The position numbers were made by a program, and so were the translations under genes. A stretch of 64,000 nucleotides of DNA from Felis catus. Its lineage: Eukaryota. The notes under the pieces were generated by a model. The model was not told the origin of the DNA, did not search any database, and was given only the letters and a program-made list of their open reading frames with translations. Location: the NCBI RefSeq assembly GCF_018350175.1, contig NC_058369.1, forward strand, positions 25,112,001-25,176,000. The letters run 5' to 3'. Shown here one piece after another: positions 11,348-23,380 of the stretch (positions are counted from its first letter, which is position 1; every line of letters begins with the position of its first letter).

Positions 11348-11653
11348 TGAAAATGTTTTATCAACTGCAAATAAATGGTCCCCTCTGGGGACTGAAAGGG
11401 AAAGGGACTCGGGTGGGGCCCATGTGAAGCTTCATCACTACCTGTAATGTTTCATTTATTCACATAAAAATTCTGAAGCTAACAGGGCAAAAAGATTTTT
11501 ATTAAATCTAAATGGTAGGTATAGATATGAATGTTATAATAGCCTATATTTTGCTACGCAGGTGAAATAGATTATAATTAATAACAATAACAAATGAATA
11601 AATTCTAGCATAGCCATGTAATACAATACTAAGGCATCCATTAAAAATAATGA

Positions 11654-11837
11654 GGGCGCCTGGGTGGCTCAGTCAGTTACGCATCTGACTCTTGATTTTG
11701 GCTCAGGTCGTGGTCTCACGGTTCATGAGTTCGAGCTCCACATCAGGCTCTGTGCTCAGAGCACGGAGCGTGCTTAGGATCCTGTCTCCCTCCCTCTCTG
11801 CCCCTCCCCCCCTTAAAAATAAATAAATGTTAAAAAA
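11654..11837 (+). mobile_element. Can-SINE
   Basis: gggcgcctgggtggctcagtc head; TSD aataatgagg. Confidence 0.94.
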
Positions 11838-12159
11838 TTTTTTTTTATAATAATGAGGTGTACTTGTGCCATTACCAGCAAAGACCATAAAATACAGTAT
11901 GTGAAATAAGAGGCAGGGCAACGTGTAAATCCATTTACTTTTACACACACACGCACGTACAGAATCAGCTCTGAGTACGCTGAGGGCCCTGGCAGGGCAC
12001 ATGCCCAACTGTTGACATTGATTGATTATGTATACAGTTTGGGTCAGGGGTGGGAAGCATAAATGTGGACATCAGCTTTTACATACATATTTTTAAATCT
12101 TTACTATAGAAACGTATTATGTAATGAAAATCATAATAATGTTTACTAAAAGGCCTTAA

Positions 12160-12410
12160 TAGGTAGGGAAGGAGGTAGAGAGGCATGAAATGAGGCTGAA
12201 CAGGAGGCCAGGGCTGGACAGGGCAGAGACTTAAAGGCTAAGGTTGGGGGGCTGGTCATGGGGTGATGGGGCTCCACTGAAGCTATATGGTGGGGAATGA
12301 CATGGGATTTGCCTTTAGAAAGATCCCTCTGGCTAGAGGGAAGAGAAGACAGTCGAGGGGTCCAGAATGAAGGCAGAGACCAGCAGGGAGGGTACCGCAG
12401 GCATCCAGAT
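12160..12410 (-). mobile_element. L2 fragment (likely continuation of 10385-10745)
   Basis: atgaggctg...ccactgaag...gatttgcctttagaaagatccctctggct...ggcagagaccag. Confidence 0.65.
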
Positions 12411-12521
12411 CCACTATAGCCTCTCTCATCTCTTTCAAGATTCTGAAGGCACAGAAGTCATAAGTGTCCATTCAGACTGCTTTTTCCCATTTTCTCTCCC
12501 TTCCCCAGTTGTTTTCTAGAA

Positions 12522-13055
12522 CAGCACTGTCCGGTAGGAATATCATGCGAGCCACACATGTAATTTTAAATTCTCTATTAGTCACATTAAAATGGTAAAC
12601 AGAAATAGGCAAGTTTAGTTTTAATAATATAGTTTATTTAACTCAATATATCCAGATACTATTATCAGTTCAACATGTAATAGAAAAAAAATATTAGAGA
12701 TATTTTACATTTTTTCATGTCTTCCAAATCCAATGAGTATCTTACTCTTAGATCAATCCTCTTTTTAATGTTTATTTATTTTTCAGAGAGAGAGAGAGAG
12801 CGCGCACAAGCGGGGGGAAGGGCAGAGAAAGAGGGAGATAGAGGATCCAAAGCAGGCCCCTTGCTGACAGCAGAGAGCCTGATGTGGGGCTTGAACTCAT
12901 GAACTGTGAGATCATGACCTGAGCCAAAGTTGGACACTTAACTGACTGAGCCACCCAGATACCCCTACTCTTACCTCAGTTTTAATTGGCACTAGCCATG
13001 TTTCAAGTGCTCAGTAGCAGTATGTGGCATGTGTCTATCATATTGGACAGCACAA
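12522..13055. mobile_element. MER33-like hAT-Charlie MITE with an inserted SINE
   Basis: TIRs cagcactgtcc ... attggacagcaca; degenerate 8-bp TSD ttctagaa/gtatagaa; internal tttcaagtgctcagtagc. Confidence 0.85.
12762..12965 (-). mobile_element. Can-SINE inside the MER33-like element
   Basis: tttttaatgtttattt...tgagccacccagatacccc. Confidence 0.94.
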
Positions 13056-13469
13056 GTATAGAAAAATAACACATGTAATTTCAAAGAGCCTCTTTGAAAA
13101 GCCAGACTTTGAAAAGCTATAGCTCTGTGTCTCAGCAGTTAGTGACTAACCACAATATATAAATTGAGACCCTTTTGAAAAATGAGACACTCTCCAAAAT
13201 GATTTTAGTATCCATCTGAATTCAGAAAAATTCAGAACAGAAAAAATATTTCTCAAAAGCTTTAGAGATATAGTCTCTGGAATAATTACAGGAAATTATC
13301 TTCAGCTCACATCCTTACTTGAATAGATCAACATACGTAATTTTTCCCAAATGGAGATTATCCCAAACAAAAGTCTATGATCGGGTCCTAAATAATGTAG
13401 AACTAGTCTAATCAAACGAATTCCAGAATGAACTAAAAGGAAGACATTGAAATGATTTTTTTAAACCCA

Positions 13470-13595
13470 TAAAATGATTATATTTGTATTTCCCCTTTTG
13501 TGAAATGTTTGTTCAGGTCATTTACCCATTTATATACAGGGATTTTTTTTTTTTGTTATTGATATGTAAGGGCTCTTCCTAGATTCGGACAAGAG
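13470..13595 (-). mobile_element. Old L1 fragment
   Basis: ttttgtgaaatgtttgttcaggtcatttacccattt...ttattgatatgtaagggctctt. Confidence 0.6.
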
Positions 13596-13657
13596 TGTGT
13601 AACAAGTGGCTAGCACATGCCTGGTACTCTAGTAACCGTATTAAAAAGGCATATATT

Positions 13658-14076
13658 AAATTCCATCAACTGGTGAATGAAAATGGATAAACAAAGGTGT
13701 ATGTGCCTGCAATGGGATGTGATTCAAAAGAATGAAGTACCAACACCTGCTAGGACATGGAGCAACCTTGAATGCCTTATGCAAAGTGAAAGAAGCCAGA
13801 CACAAAAGGCCACATCGTGTATGATTCCATTTATGTGAAACACCCAGAATAGGCAAATTCATAGAGTCAGAAAGCAAACTAGTGGTGGCCAGGGGCTGGG
13901 GGAGAGAGAGCAAGTAGGAAGTGACTGCTTAATGGGTGCACAATTTCCTTTTGGGGTGATGAAAACGTTCTGAAATTAGGTTGTGGTGATGGACGCACAA
14001 CCCTGTATATGTACTTAATATCACTGAATTATTATACACCTAAAATGGCTAAGATGGTAAACATGTATTTTACCAC
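13658..14076 (+). mobile_element. L1MB-like 3' end
   Basis: gaaagaagccagacacaaaaggccacatcgtgtatgattccatttat...ttttggggtgatgaaaacgttctg. Confidence 0.88.
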
Positions 14077-14097
14077 AGTAGTTTTAGGCAATTTGGA

Positions 14098-14098
14098 T

Positions 14099-14129
<31 letters not shown>

Positions 14130-14131
14130 TT
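14098..14131. repeat. (TTTA)n microsatellite
   Basis: Direct reading. Confidence 0.9.
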
Positions 14132-14142
14132 AAATAATGAGG

Positions 14143-15026
14143 GTATCCTTTGGGTAAATACCTAGTAGTGTAATTGCTGAATCATAGGGTAGTTATATTT
14201 TTACGTTTTTGAGAAACCTCCACACTGTTTTCCTGAGCGGCTGCACCAGTTGGCATTCCCACCAACAGTGCAAGAGGGTTCCCTTTTCTCCACATCCTCG
14301 CCAACACTTGTTGTTTCTTGTGTTGTTGATTTTAGCCATTCTGACAGGTGTGAGGTGATATTTCATTGTAGTTTTGATTTGTATTTCCCTGGTGATCAGT
14401 GATGTGGAGCATGTTTTCATGTATATCTGCTCAAAGAATACAAAAATACTAATTCAAAGGGATACATGCACCCCAATGTTTACAGCAGCATTATCTAAAT
14501 AGCCAAATTATGGAAGCAGCCCAAGTGTCCAGTGACTGATGAATGGATAAAGAAGATGTGGTATATATATACAATGGAATATTAATCAGCCATAAAAAAG
14601 AATGAAATCTTGCCATTTGCAATGGCATGGATGGAGCTAGAGAGTACTCTAATAAGTTAGTCAGAGAAAGACAAATACATTTGATTTCACTCATATGTAG
14701 AATTTAAGAAATTCTTAAATAAATGCGCAAAGAAGGAAAAAAAGAGAGAAAGAGGCAAACGAAGAAACAGACTCTTAACTACAGAAAACAACTTGCTGGT
14801 TACCAGAGGGGAGGTGGGGAGGGGGATGGGTGAAATAGGTGATGGGGATTAAGGAGTACACCTGTCACGATGAGCACAGGCTGTTACATGGAAGTGTTGA
14901 ATTGCTATATTGTACACCTGAAACTAATATTATACTGTGTTAACTAACAGAAATTTAAATTAAAACTTTTTTTAAAAAAAGAGGAAAAAAAGCTGTAAGT
15001 TTCACTGCTTAAAAAATAAAAAATAA
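14143..15026 (+). mobile_element. Carnivore L1, 5'-truncated with 5' inversion (inverted part about 14143-14429, sense part 14430-15026)
   Basis: The minus ORF 14193-14420 encodes the L1 ORF2 C-terminal Cys/His motif ([19 protein letters not shown]). The sense part continues through the ORF2 end and a G-rich 3' UTR. TSD aaata(a/g)tgagggta at 14132-14145 and 15027-15040. Confidence 0.92.
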
Positions 15027-15564
15027 AAATAGTGAGGGTAAAATAAAGATAATTTTCAGGCAAAATAAAAGATACATATCTAATGGAAAAAATCCTCATA
15101 AAATAATAATGCAAACTAAAATACTGTTAACCATTCCAGAAGCAGGAATTATATAAATAAAAGCCAGGAGGGTAAACATTCTGTGCAGCCTGGGAATTGA
15201 CAAAAATGGCTTAGATGTGAAGTTTTATCAGTACTTGTGAGAAATCCGCCCTACAAATCCCTGTCTTAGAGACACATATTTATGTCAGTCCTTCAACCAT
15301 GATAAAAATTCCCACACTCTGACTTTCTCCACTTCCTCTCATTCTCCACTCCGGGCCCCGACTCTCTGTGCTCAGAGATTCTGCAGCAACACCCATTCCA
15401 TCCTCTGCTCCCACCTCATGAGGCTCATGCTGCATTTCTCTTTCACCCCTGAGCTTCCTACAAAGCTTTTATCTTCAGAAAAGCCATTCACGAGTGCAGT
15501 ACTCCAGAAAAAGAACTTTAAAAGGTAAATGTCAGTGACTCCCAAGTGGTGCCGTGAAGCAGAG

Positions 15565-15772
15565 GTTTGGTTGCAGTGGCTAAAAGTGCATCTGCTTGGA
15601 ACCAGCTCTGCCATTCACGAGCTGTGTGACATGAGACAAGTGACTTACCCACTCTGTTCCCTACTTCCCCCATCTGTAAAATGGAGGTAATAACAGGATT
15701 CCCTTACAGAGTTGTTGTGAGGATTAAATGAGTTAATATATGTAAAGCGCTTGGCATGTGGTGCACAGAAGG
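15565..15772 (+). mobile_element. MIR
   Basis: agctgtgtgac...catctgtaaaatggaggtaataa...gttgttgtgaggattaaatgagttaat. Confidence 0.9.
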
Positions 15773-16744
15773 TCTACTTTAAGAATTAGCCCGCTTCTGG
15801 GCGATGAGCTCTGGAAGGCCAGGGACCGTGTTATTTGGGTTCACTGCTGTCTCTGCATTCCCTGCACTTTGTAGGACCTTGATCGGCAGCTGGAGGATGA
15901 ATGCATGGTGCTTGCCCTCAGTAAGTCTGTGGTCAGCAGTAACACAGAGTAGCCCTATAGACACAGTGACAGAACATGAATACGACCACATGCACTTGAG
16001 AGAGAGAACAGGTGTCTATCATTAAGGCCATCTCCTGTAGCCCTCAAGCACTGGGCTTGGACGCTGAGGCAAGCCTGACGCGGGGCTGTGGATCTGCACC
16101 ATCTCCACCTTCTCTCTTCCCAGGCCTCTCCAGACTGTCCTCGGTCCTAGAAAGGCACTTTCTGAACAAAAGCTCCTCAAATTCAAGTCAGCTCCTTGGT
16201 TAGAAACTGTCAAAATGAACAGCACCAGAGGAAGGGGACCCCGGTCACAAGGGCATGTCAGGCTCCAACATGGGACCTTCCCAAGGGCATTTAAGTGCAT
16301 TTTGGATTATATATGATTCTCATCTTACCAACTGCACTATAGTTCCCATGCCGTCTCCTCATCCAGAAGAAAGTACCTACAAAATGCAGTAGCTGCCCAG
16401 GAAACTTAAACCCAAACACCCTGAGAGACACCATCCCATCATGACACCAGTGCTCCTGTCCATTTGCGTATTTCAAGTCCAGGGTGGGCCACAGGTTGCT
16501 CATTCACATTTCCATGTGTTGGGCAGCCACTGTAAATCTTTCTAGAACAAAGTAAATCCACTGAAGAAGAGAGACAGCAGACACGCAGGGTGGTCATAGC
16601 ATGGGATGTGCAGTCTCCAAGAATCTGGTTTAAGCTCAAGTTTACCAGGTGATCTTGGGCAACTTTTAAGGAACTTCCTTGAGCCTCACTTTCCGACTTG
16701 AAACCAAATCCAAGTCACAAACCAATGAGTCCAGGTCACACAGT

Positions 16745-16915
16745 CAAATAGCAGCTATTCCTACCATCCCTTATCCCTTACTCTGCTTTGTTTTTCTCCA
16801 TAGAGTTGATCACCTCCTAAGGTAACCTCTGAGAGAACAGAACTATGTTTTACTCTGCAGCATCCTTTATGCCTACAATGATGCCCGGCACTCAGTAGAC
16901 ACTCAGCAAATACTT
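16745..16915 (+). mobile_element. L2 3' end
   Basis: tctgctttgtttttctccatag...cccggcactcagtagacactcagcaaatactt. Confidence 0.7.
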
Positions 16916-16917
16916 AG

Positions 16918-17065
16918 AGCTAATATTTATCAAGCTGTCCGTGTGAGCCAGCTAGTACGCAAAGCACTGTAAAGAAACTGTTAATGTACTCCTCATAACA
17001 ACCCTATGAAGTCTGTCTCACCAGGTCCATTTTCCAGTTAGAAACTGAGGCTTGGGAAGTTTAAG
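16918..17065 (-). mobile_element. MIR
   Basis: agctaatatttat...cctcataacaaccctatgaag...gaaactgaggct. Confidence 0.75.
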
Positions 17066-17084
17066 AGCAGAAATCAGATGTTAA

Positions 17085-17640
17085 GGGTCTTACAGACTAC
17101 GGCAAGTTTTCCAGATTTTAGTCTGAGTGATATGGGAGGCCACGGAAAGATTTTGAGCAGGGAAGAAACACGATCTATGTATTAAAAGGACTGTTCTCAA
17201 TGCTGTGTAGAGAGGACAGCTGTAGGGGCAAGACAGAGAGGAGGGAGATGGTGAGGAAGTGCCTTTGGTAGTGGGAGGAGGGAGGAGACCTTTGGGAGGA
17301 GCAGATTGGGAAACAATAGTCAAGGGCAGACAGATCATCTGAATTGGTATGGATCTCCAAATGGAGATTGTAGTGAGCGGTTAGACATAAGAAACTGTAG
17401 AGTATATTCGAGAAGCATCAGCCTTTAGACTGGGAAGAAGCCCCACCTTGGTGAGGGAAGAGGGAGAGGAGTATTCAAGAAGCCAGGGAAGAAAGAGTTT
17501 CAGGGAGGCAATGCTCAACTACATCACCAAGTAGGGGAGAGAGAAATGCCCACTGAATTCGGCAAAGCAGGTGTCCCTGGTGACTTGACATGATGAAGTG
17601 AGTGGAGTTGGGGACAGAGCTGAAAGGGGCTTGTCTAAAG
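17085..17640 (-). mobile_element. L2 fragment
   Basis: gggaggccacggaaagattttgagcaggg...gaagccagggaagaaagagtttcaggg...ccctggtgacttgac. Confidence 0.7.
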
Positions 17641-17714
17641 ATTACCTAAGAACAATGTCTGTAGAAAAACTAAGTTGACAAGGATCTTAGGTATTGGCCA
17701 GTCTACTGAAGTCA

Positions 17715-17820
17715 TTAGAATATGAGCTCCCCAAGGACAGGAACTTCATCTGTCTTTTTACTGTTTTATTCCTGCCCTCTGGGCACCTGGCACATGACAG
17801 ATGCTCAATAAATATTTGCA
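17715..17820 (+). mobile_element. L2 3' end
   Basis: tagaatatgagctcccc...cctggcacatgacagatgctcaataaatatttg. Confidence 0.8.
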
Positions 17821-18784
17821 AGACTTTTTTGAACTTTCTTGACATCTCTAGCCAAACAGTACAGGTCAACAGGAACTTTGCATCCCTAACAGGATGGTAT
17901 GGAAGACAGTGAGGAAATGCACACACAAATTATCCCAAGATGCAATGTTCACATTCCCTTCCCTTGCTAAAGAAACTAGAATTCATGCTACTTGGTATTT
18001 ATTCAGCATGAGAATAATGTGTTTTCCACTTACTCTTCTCATTGGCATTCATATCTGTATCGTCAGTGGATTGAATGGCTTCTCACTGGCAGCACCAAAT
18101 TTCAACATTCAAGCTAATTGTAAGCTGGTGTAATTAGCAGAAATTACAGAATATTTTTAAAGGGATGTTTTGTAACAGAGGTCTTTTGGAAATCCAATTT
18201 AGGAAAATTATTTTTTTCATGTTCTCAAAGTGCTGACCTGCAGATGATGTTTCAAAAGCATTCAGGGGTCACTTTGAAAAGCAAGGGGATCATTCTCCCT
18301 CTCCCCACCTGCATCCATCTGAATTATGGCACATGTTCAATGGGAAAGGCCTCATTACATCCTAAGGAAATCCACATCCTGCACCTCCAGGTCACAGTCC
18401 AGCAGAGAGCAGCCTCATGTCCCTCCGGAAAGGATAATTAGTTTTCTACCCTTTAATCAAGGAGCAGCAGATTGTTGTTTTTCTAAAGTTTTGCCTGGGG
18501 AGAGCCTGTTCTTTCCCGAATGTGTGTTTTTCTAAACAGGACTCCCTGTACGTACCCAACCTTCCCATGAGCCACCACTGACAGGCACTCCCCCAGCCTT
18601 ATCTGAAACAAAAAACTGAAGCTCTCCACTGATGACAGCCTCTGGCCCCTCAACTCCACAGATGTGGGATTAGGTCATGGCCCTCACAACTTACCAGCAC
18701 CAATGAGCTTTCACTTATCGACCAAGAGAATCCTCAATCTCTCTGTCACAGAGGTCATGTTTTTAAGGGTTTACTTAAAAAAAA

Positions 18785-19000
18785 GTAATAAATGCTTATC
18801 ATGTGCCAGACACTATTCTGAGTGCTTAATAAATATTAACTCATTTAACCCTCAAAACAATTTTATAAGTAAGTACTTTTATTATTCCCACTTTACAGAT
18901 GAGGAAACTGAAGCTCAGAGAGGTTAAGTGACTTACCCAAAACCACACAGCTAATAGGTGGCAGAGCCAGGATTCAAACTCAGGTGGTCTGGCTCCAGAG
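18785..19000 (-). mobile_element. MIR (well preserved)
   Basis: tttacagatgaggaaactgaagctcagagaggttaagtgacttaccc...ggcagagccaggattcaaac. Confidence 0.93.
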
Positions 19001-19142
19001 AACAGAGAGACAGATGTTAAAACCATTGCAGAAGCAGTGACAACCAAGAAAAGAAGATGGAAATTGAATTGCTTACTATGTACTAGGCCCAGAGCCAGTG
19101 TTACTGGTTAGTTTCTCTTTACATAAAGTGCAACTGGACCTT

Positions 19143-19145
<3 letters not shown>

Positions 19146-19187
<42 letters not shown>
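19146..19187. repeat. (ATC)n microsatellite
   Basis: Direct reading. Confidence 0.97.
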
Positions 19188-19188
<1 letters not shown>

Positions 19189-21639
19189 ACATCAAAGATT
19201 ATTATGTGTATTATGTGTTGGTCTTCTACATCTACAAATAAAAATCCATGTAGATTCATTGGTATATTTTTACCGTGTGCATGTTACTTTGATAAAAGTA
19301 TGATTTTAGTTAAAAAATTTTAATGGCTGAGTTTTCTGTTTTTAAAGTGATTTGAATCAAATAAACAGCCCTTAGAAGGCATTTTTTTTAAAAGCCACCC
19401 TGAACTCCCTTTCCAATTTTTGTCTTAAAAAGAAAGCAAGAAGTCTTTGGTATTGTTCTATCAAACTGTATGCAAATCAGACACAAAGAAGAAGCAGATA
19501 AACTCATGTTTTTCAAATCCTGAAAAGCTCTAACTCAAAAATTATATTTACAGACACCCTCACAGAATTTTTTTTTTGCTCAGGGTGGGGCAGAAGACAG
19601 TCTTCACACTTTATTCAATAATACATTGATCAGAAGCTAATAAATCAGGATGTAGGTGGCCCAACACCTCCAAAATGAAAATCGCAATCCTAAAACTCAG
19701 GATTCAGAAATGGGCATCTCTAAAAACTGATTCTAACTCAGCTAAAAACACCAAAAATTCTTAAATTAGCCAGCATTGCTTAAAGCAGTTTATTGACTTT
19801 CTGATACAGGACCTACCACAGTCTCCAAGGTAATTAGAAGCACCATAAATGCTGTTTTTGGCAGTGACTGGGGCCACACATAAAAACATGTTTATTCCCA
19901 AACCGTCAGTGAAATATGGTGGTGGGGGTGGGACCACGTCAGGCTTGTAGCATATGTGGAGAAAAAGGAAAGGTAATGCCAAGGGCACCATTCAAACTGA
20001 GATTATTTCATCACTATGACAAACAGCAAGCCACCCCCCAAATTCTAGGCAAGAGAGTAATTCTGAGCAAGACAATTACTCAGAGTAAGAGAACTTCTGA
20101 GTAAGGCAGGCTAATATTATTATTTTAACAATAATGAAAATAATACTATTAGTGCTGTGCTTATTATGTGGATTAATTCATTTAATTTTCATGGGGGCCC
20201 TGAAAATAAGAGCCATGACGGAAGAAGGTTCTGAGAGGTTAGACTTGGAAATGCTCCATGGCTACTGAAAGTCAGAGCCAGAGACAGCCCAATTCCAAGA
20301 TGCCTGCTCTTGGTCCCTGAGTCCTGCTAAATTGTCTAAGGGATTTTCTGGCCACCTAATCCACAAACGTAATAAATTGGAGACAGGAAAAATGAACCGT
20401 GTTGGTCAGTCATGTGCTATTTATCAAATATTTCTATCAAACGTGGTCCCATTGCATAGGACAGAGCAAGCCCCCAACCATCCTCCCGGGCAGCTGGGCT
20501 CCCAGCTCACCAGCTGGGCTCCAGTGGGAACAGGGCCCGTACTTGCATCAGCGTTGCCATAGCTGTCACCATGGCAACTGCCCACTGTCGCCCAGGCAGA
20601 GATGCTCTCCCCACTCTCGGGAGCCCTGATGCAGGGATGCAGTCCAGTAGAAACTCACCCTTTTACTTGCTTCCCAACTTGCTCAAGTCTTTATAAGACT
20701 GAGAACCAGTCGGGGGTTCCCCAGGTCCCTGCTTGCATTCGAACCAGACAATACATATAAAGGCCAAGAGGGAGACGGGGTTCATGAAGAGGCTGTCCAG
20801 AACTGAAGCGTGGGTAGTTAACCTCTCCAGGGGCCTCCACACCTGGCAGGGCTGAGTCTGAGTTCTGGCTCTGGCACTGGCTACCTGGGGATGCTAAGCA
20901 AATGGTTTGGCCTCTAGGAACCCAAGTTTTAGAATATGAAAAGCCAGGATAATGTTAGCTTTTACATTTTATAGAATAGTTGTGAGATATAAGTAAACCC
21001 AAGTATATAAAGGATATACAGAGTAAATGCTGGCTATTATTAACTATTATCCCCAATTCAGTGGTGCTGGTGCTGGGAAACATCAGGGACCCTCAACCTC
21101 TCGCTACTGCCTTTACACCACAGCAGCCTGATATTCCAAACAAAAAGCACTCCTGTCCACAGCACAGAGGCGCTGACTCAAGGGCTGAATAAGGCCAGCA
21201 GATAGCGTAGTCCACACTCACACTGCTGAGCAGTAGGAGACATGATGGTGGTCGGTGGGGTCCCTAAATCCAGTAATCGTCCCTCTGGGCAACACGGCTT
21301 CTCTGAAAAGATTAATTTATCAAAATAAGCCTACTAACTGTATTCAACAAAAATGCCAAGGAGCAAAACACCTTTTAAGATACTGAATCCATGTATGAAC
21401 TTTCAGAAATCTTTAAGGCCAAAGGATGGCACTCAAATTTTCTAGAAAATTCTGAATAAATAATGTCCAACCTGTTGGCAGTGGTGATTTCTCAGGGTTA
21501 GGACTGATCCAAGGAACCTGCACTTACTATGTGACACATTTATACACTGTCTGAACTTTTATGGTATGCATACATTAATTTTATAATAAAAAAAGAATAG
21601 CTTTAAAAAAAAGTGAAATGCTTTGTAATAACACAGCTA

Positions 21640-22015
21640 GCTTACAAAAGAAGAAACCCAGTCAATAAACAAATGAAAAGTGTTCACCCTCCTTAGTAAC
21701 TAGCAAAATGGAAATTTAAATAAGAGTATGTTTGCCTTTCAAATTGGTGATTTTTCTAGGATAACACCCCATTGTGGGCAAGAATGTGGAGAAACAGACA
21801 TTTTGCTTCACAACTGTGAATGTATAAATTGATATGTTTCCACAGGTTAAGTTGGCAGCATTTTCCAAGAATATTAAAATGACCCAGAACTTCACCTTTA
21901 CAAAAATTAATTTGACAAAATAAACTGCAAACATAGTGACGAGGATACAGCTTTCAGTGTTATTTCAGAGGGAGGAATGAGGCTCAGCTCAAACAGCCAA
22001 TACTAGGGACTAGCT
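21640..22015 (+). mobile_element. Old L1M ORF2 3' fragment
   Basis: aaacaaatgaaaagtgttcaccctccttagtaactag...aagttggcagcatttt. Confidence 0.6.
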
Positions 22016-22659
22016 ACTGGAAAAGTGCCTTGCAAAGTTCTACATGTTCATTATGCAAAACACAGGCAAAGAAGACTTGCTTATTCCACATTGTGAAAAT
22101 ATAGAATTTTCCGGATTTGGTGCTTTTAACGGTATGCTTCCATCCCACACTCACTCCATTTTGCAGCTAAGCAAACCAAGACCCAGACCGAGGAGGCAGT
22201 TTGCCCCCAAGTGTCTGGGACAGGGTTCACAGTCTCTTTGCCTTTGCCTTCTGGAGGAAGGGGGCAGAATTGTCACCTTCAAGACCAGACACAGGAACCA
22301 TAGTGGGGCCAAGCTATGCCCCAGTGCCTAGCTTGGGGTACAGAGGACCTAGCTGGGGGTAGAGACATCTCTTCAAAGGCCTCTCACTCCAAGAAGCCAC
22401 ATCCTTCAAAGAACTCTTGGCTCTATTTCAGCCACCAGAAGCGTTCAAGACAAGGAGTAGAGCTGGGGTCTGGAAGCAAGGCCCCCTCACTAACAGTTAA
22501 ACAGCCACTCTCCAGAGAAGGTCTGTTCCATGCCAGATCTGCACGCAGTGCTGGTCATCAGTCACCCGTTCCCCACGGCAACCCTAAGGCTCAGCGAGGT
22601 CAGCTTCCCTGTCTTAAATCACCCAGCTAATCAGGATGTGAACTGCTCTTTATGGGTGC

Positions 22660-23090
22660 TTTGACTTCCTCGTCTATAAAATGGGGAGAAAAATAGCAAC
22701 CACTCAGAGGTTTGGTTGGGAGGGTTAAATGAGCCAATTTATAGAAAGTGCTTAAAACAATTCCTGACCTACAGGAAACTCTGTGTAGCTCTTATTATTT
22801 TAGTGAGACTGTAAAGCATTGTGGTCAGAACAAGGACTCGAGAGCCAGTTGCCTGGGTTCAAATCCCACATCCACCCCTCACTGGCTGTGTGACTTTGGG
22901 CAAGTTACTTTTTGTGTTTCAGTTCCCTCATCAGTAAAGTGGCAACGACAATGACAGTACCCACCTGAGTTAACATAAATGATCACATTACCTAGCTGAG
23001 TTAATGTACTTAGAAGAGTTTAGAAAAGTGTCTGTCACATAGCATAATGGGCCTGTCATGTAATAACCGCAACATGTGTTAGCCATTGTA
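22660..23090 (+). mobile_element. Two adjacent MIR fragments
   Basis: gtctataaaatgggg...agggttaaatgag and gcctgggttcaaatccc...ggctgtgtgactttgggcaagttactt. Confidence 0.8.
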
Positions 23091-23164
23091 ACTATGATAC
23101 CCCTCTGTCTCCTGTTGTCTATGACTGCACAGGAATGACACCCGCACCACCAACATCAGTTATT

Positions 23165-23380
23165 CTGGCTGACAAGAGCCTGACACACGTTCTCCTATTT
23201 AATCATGACAAGACCCTAGAACTAGGTGCTATTATTGTCCAGCTTTACAGATGGGGGAACGGAGGCACAGAGAACTCGAGTAACTTGCCCCAGGTCACAC
23301 AGCCAGGAAGCAGCAATGCTGCTGGGCTTTGAACCAAATCAGTTGGGGCCTAGGGCTCTTATCCTGCACACTGTATTGCC
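23165..23380 (-). mobile_element. MIR
   Basis: ttacagatgggggaacggaggcacagaga...taacttgccccaggtcacacagc. Confidence 0.85.

Larger units (their letters stand above)
10870..12130 (+). mobile_element. Old L1M (L1MC/L1ME-like) 3' fragments interrupted by two SINEs
   Basis: A-rich L1 3' UTR motifs (acaatggaa, caagttgcag, tctgaagctaacagggcaaaa). Confidence 0.55.

Noticed and set aside
14193..14420. Cys/His-rich ORF resembling a zinc-binding protein
   Set aside because: It is the L1 ORF2 C-terminal fragment in the inverted part of the L1, not a host gene.
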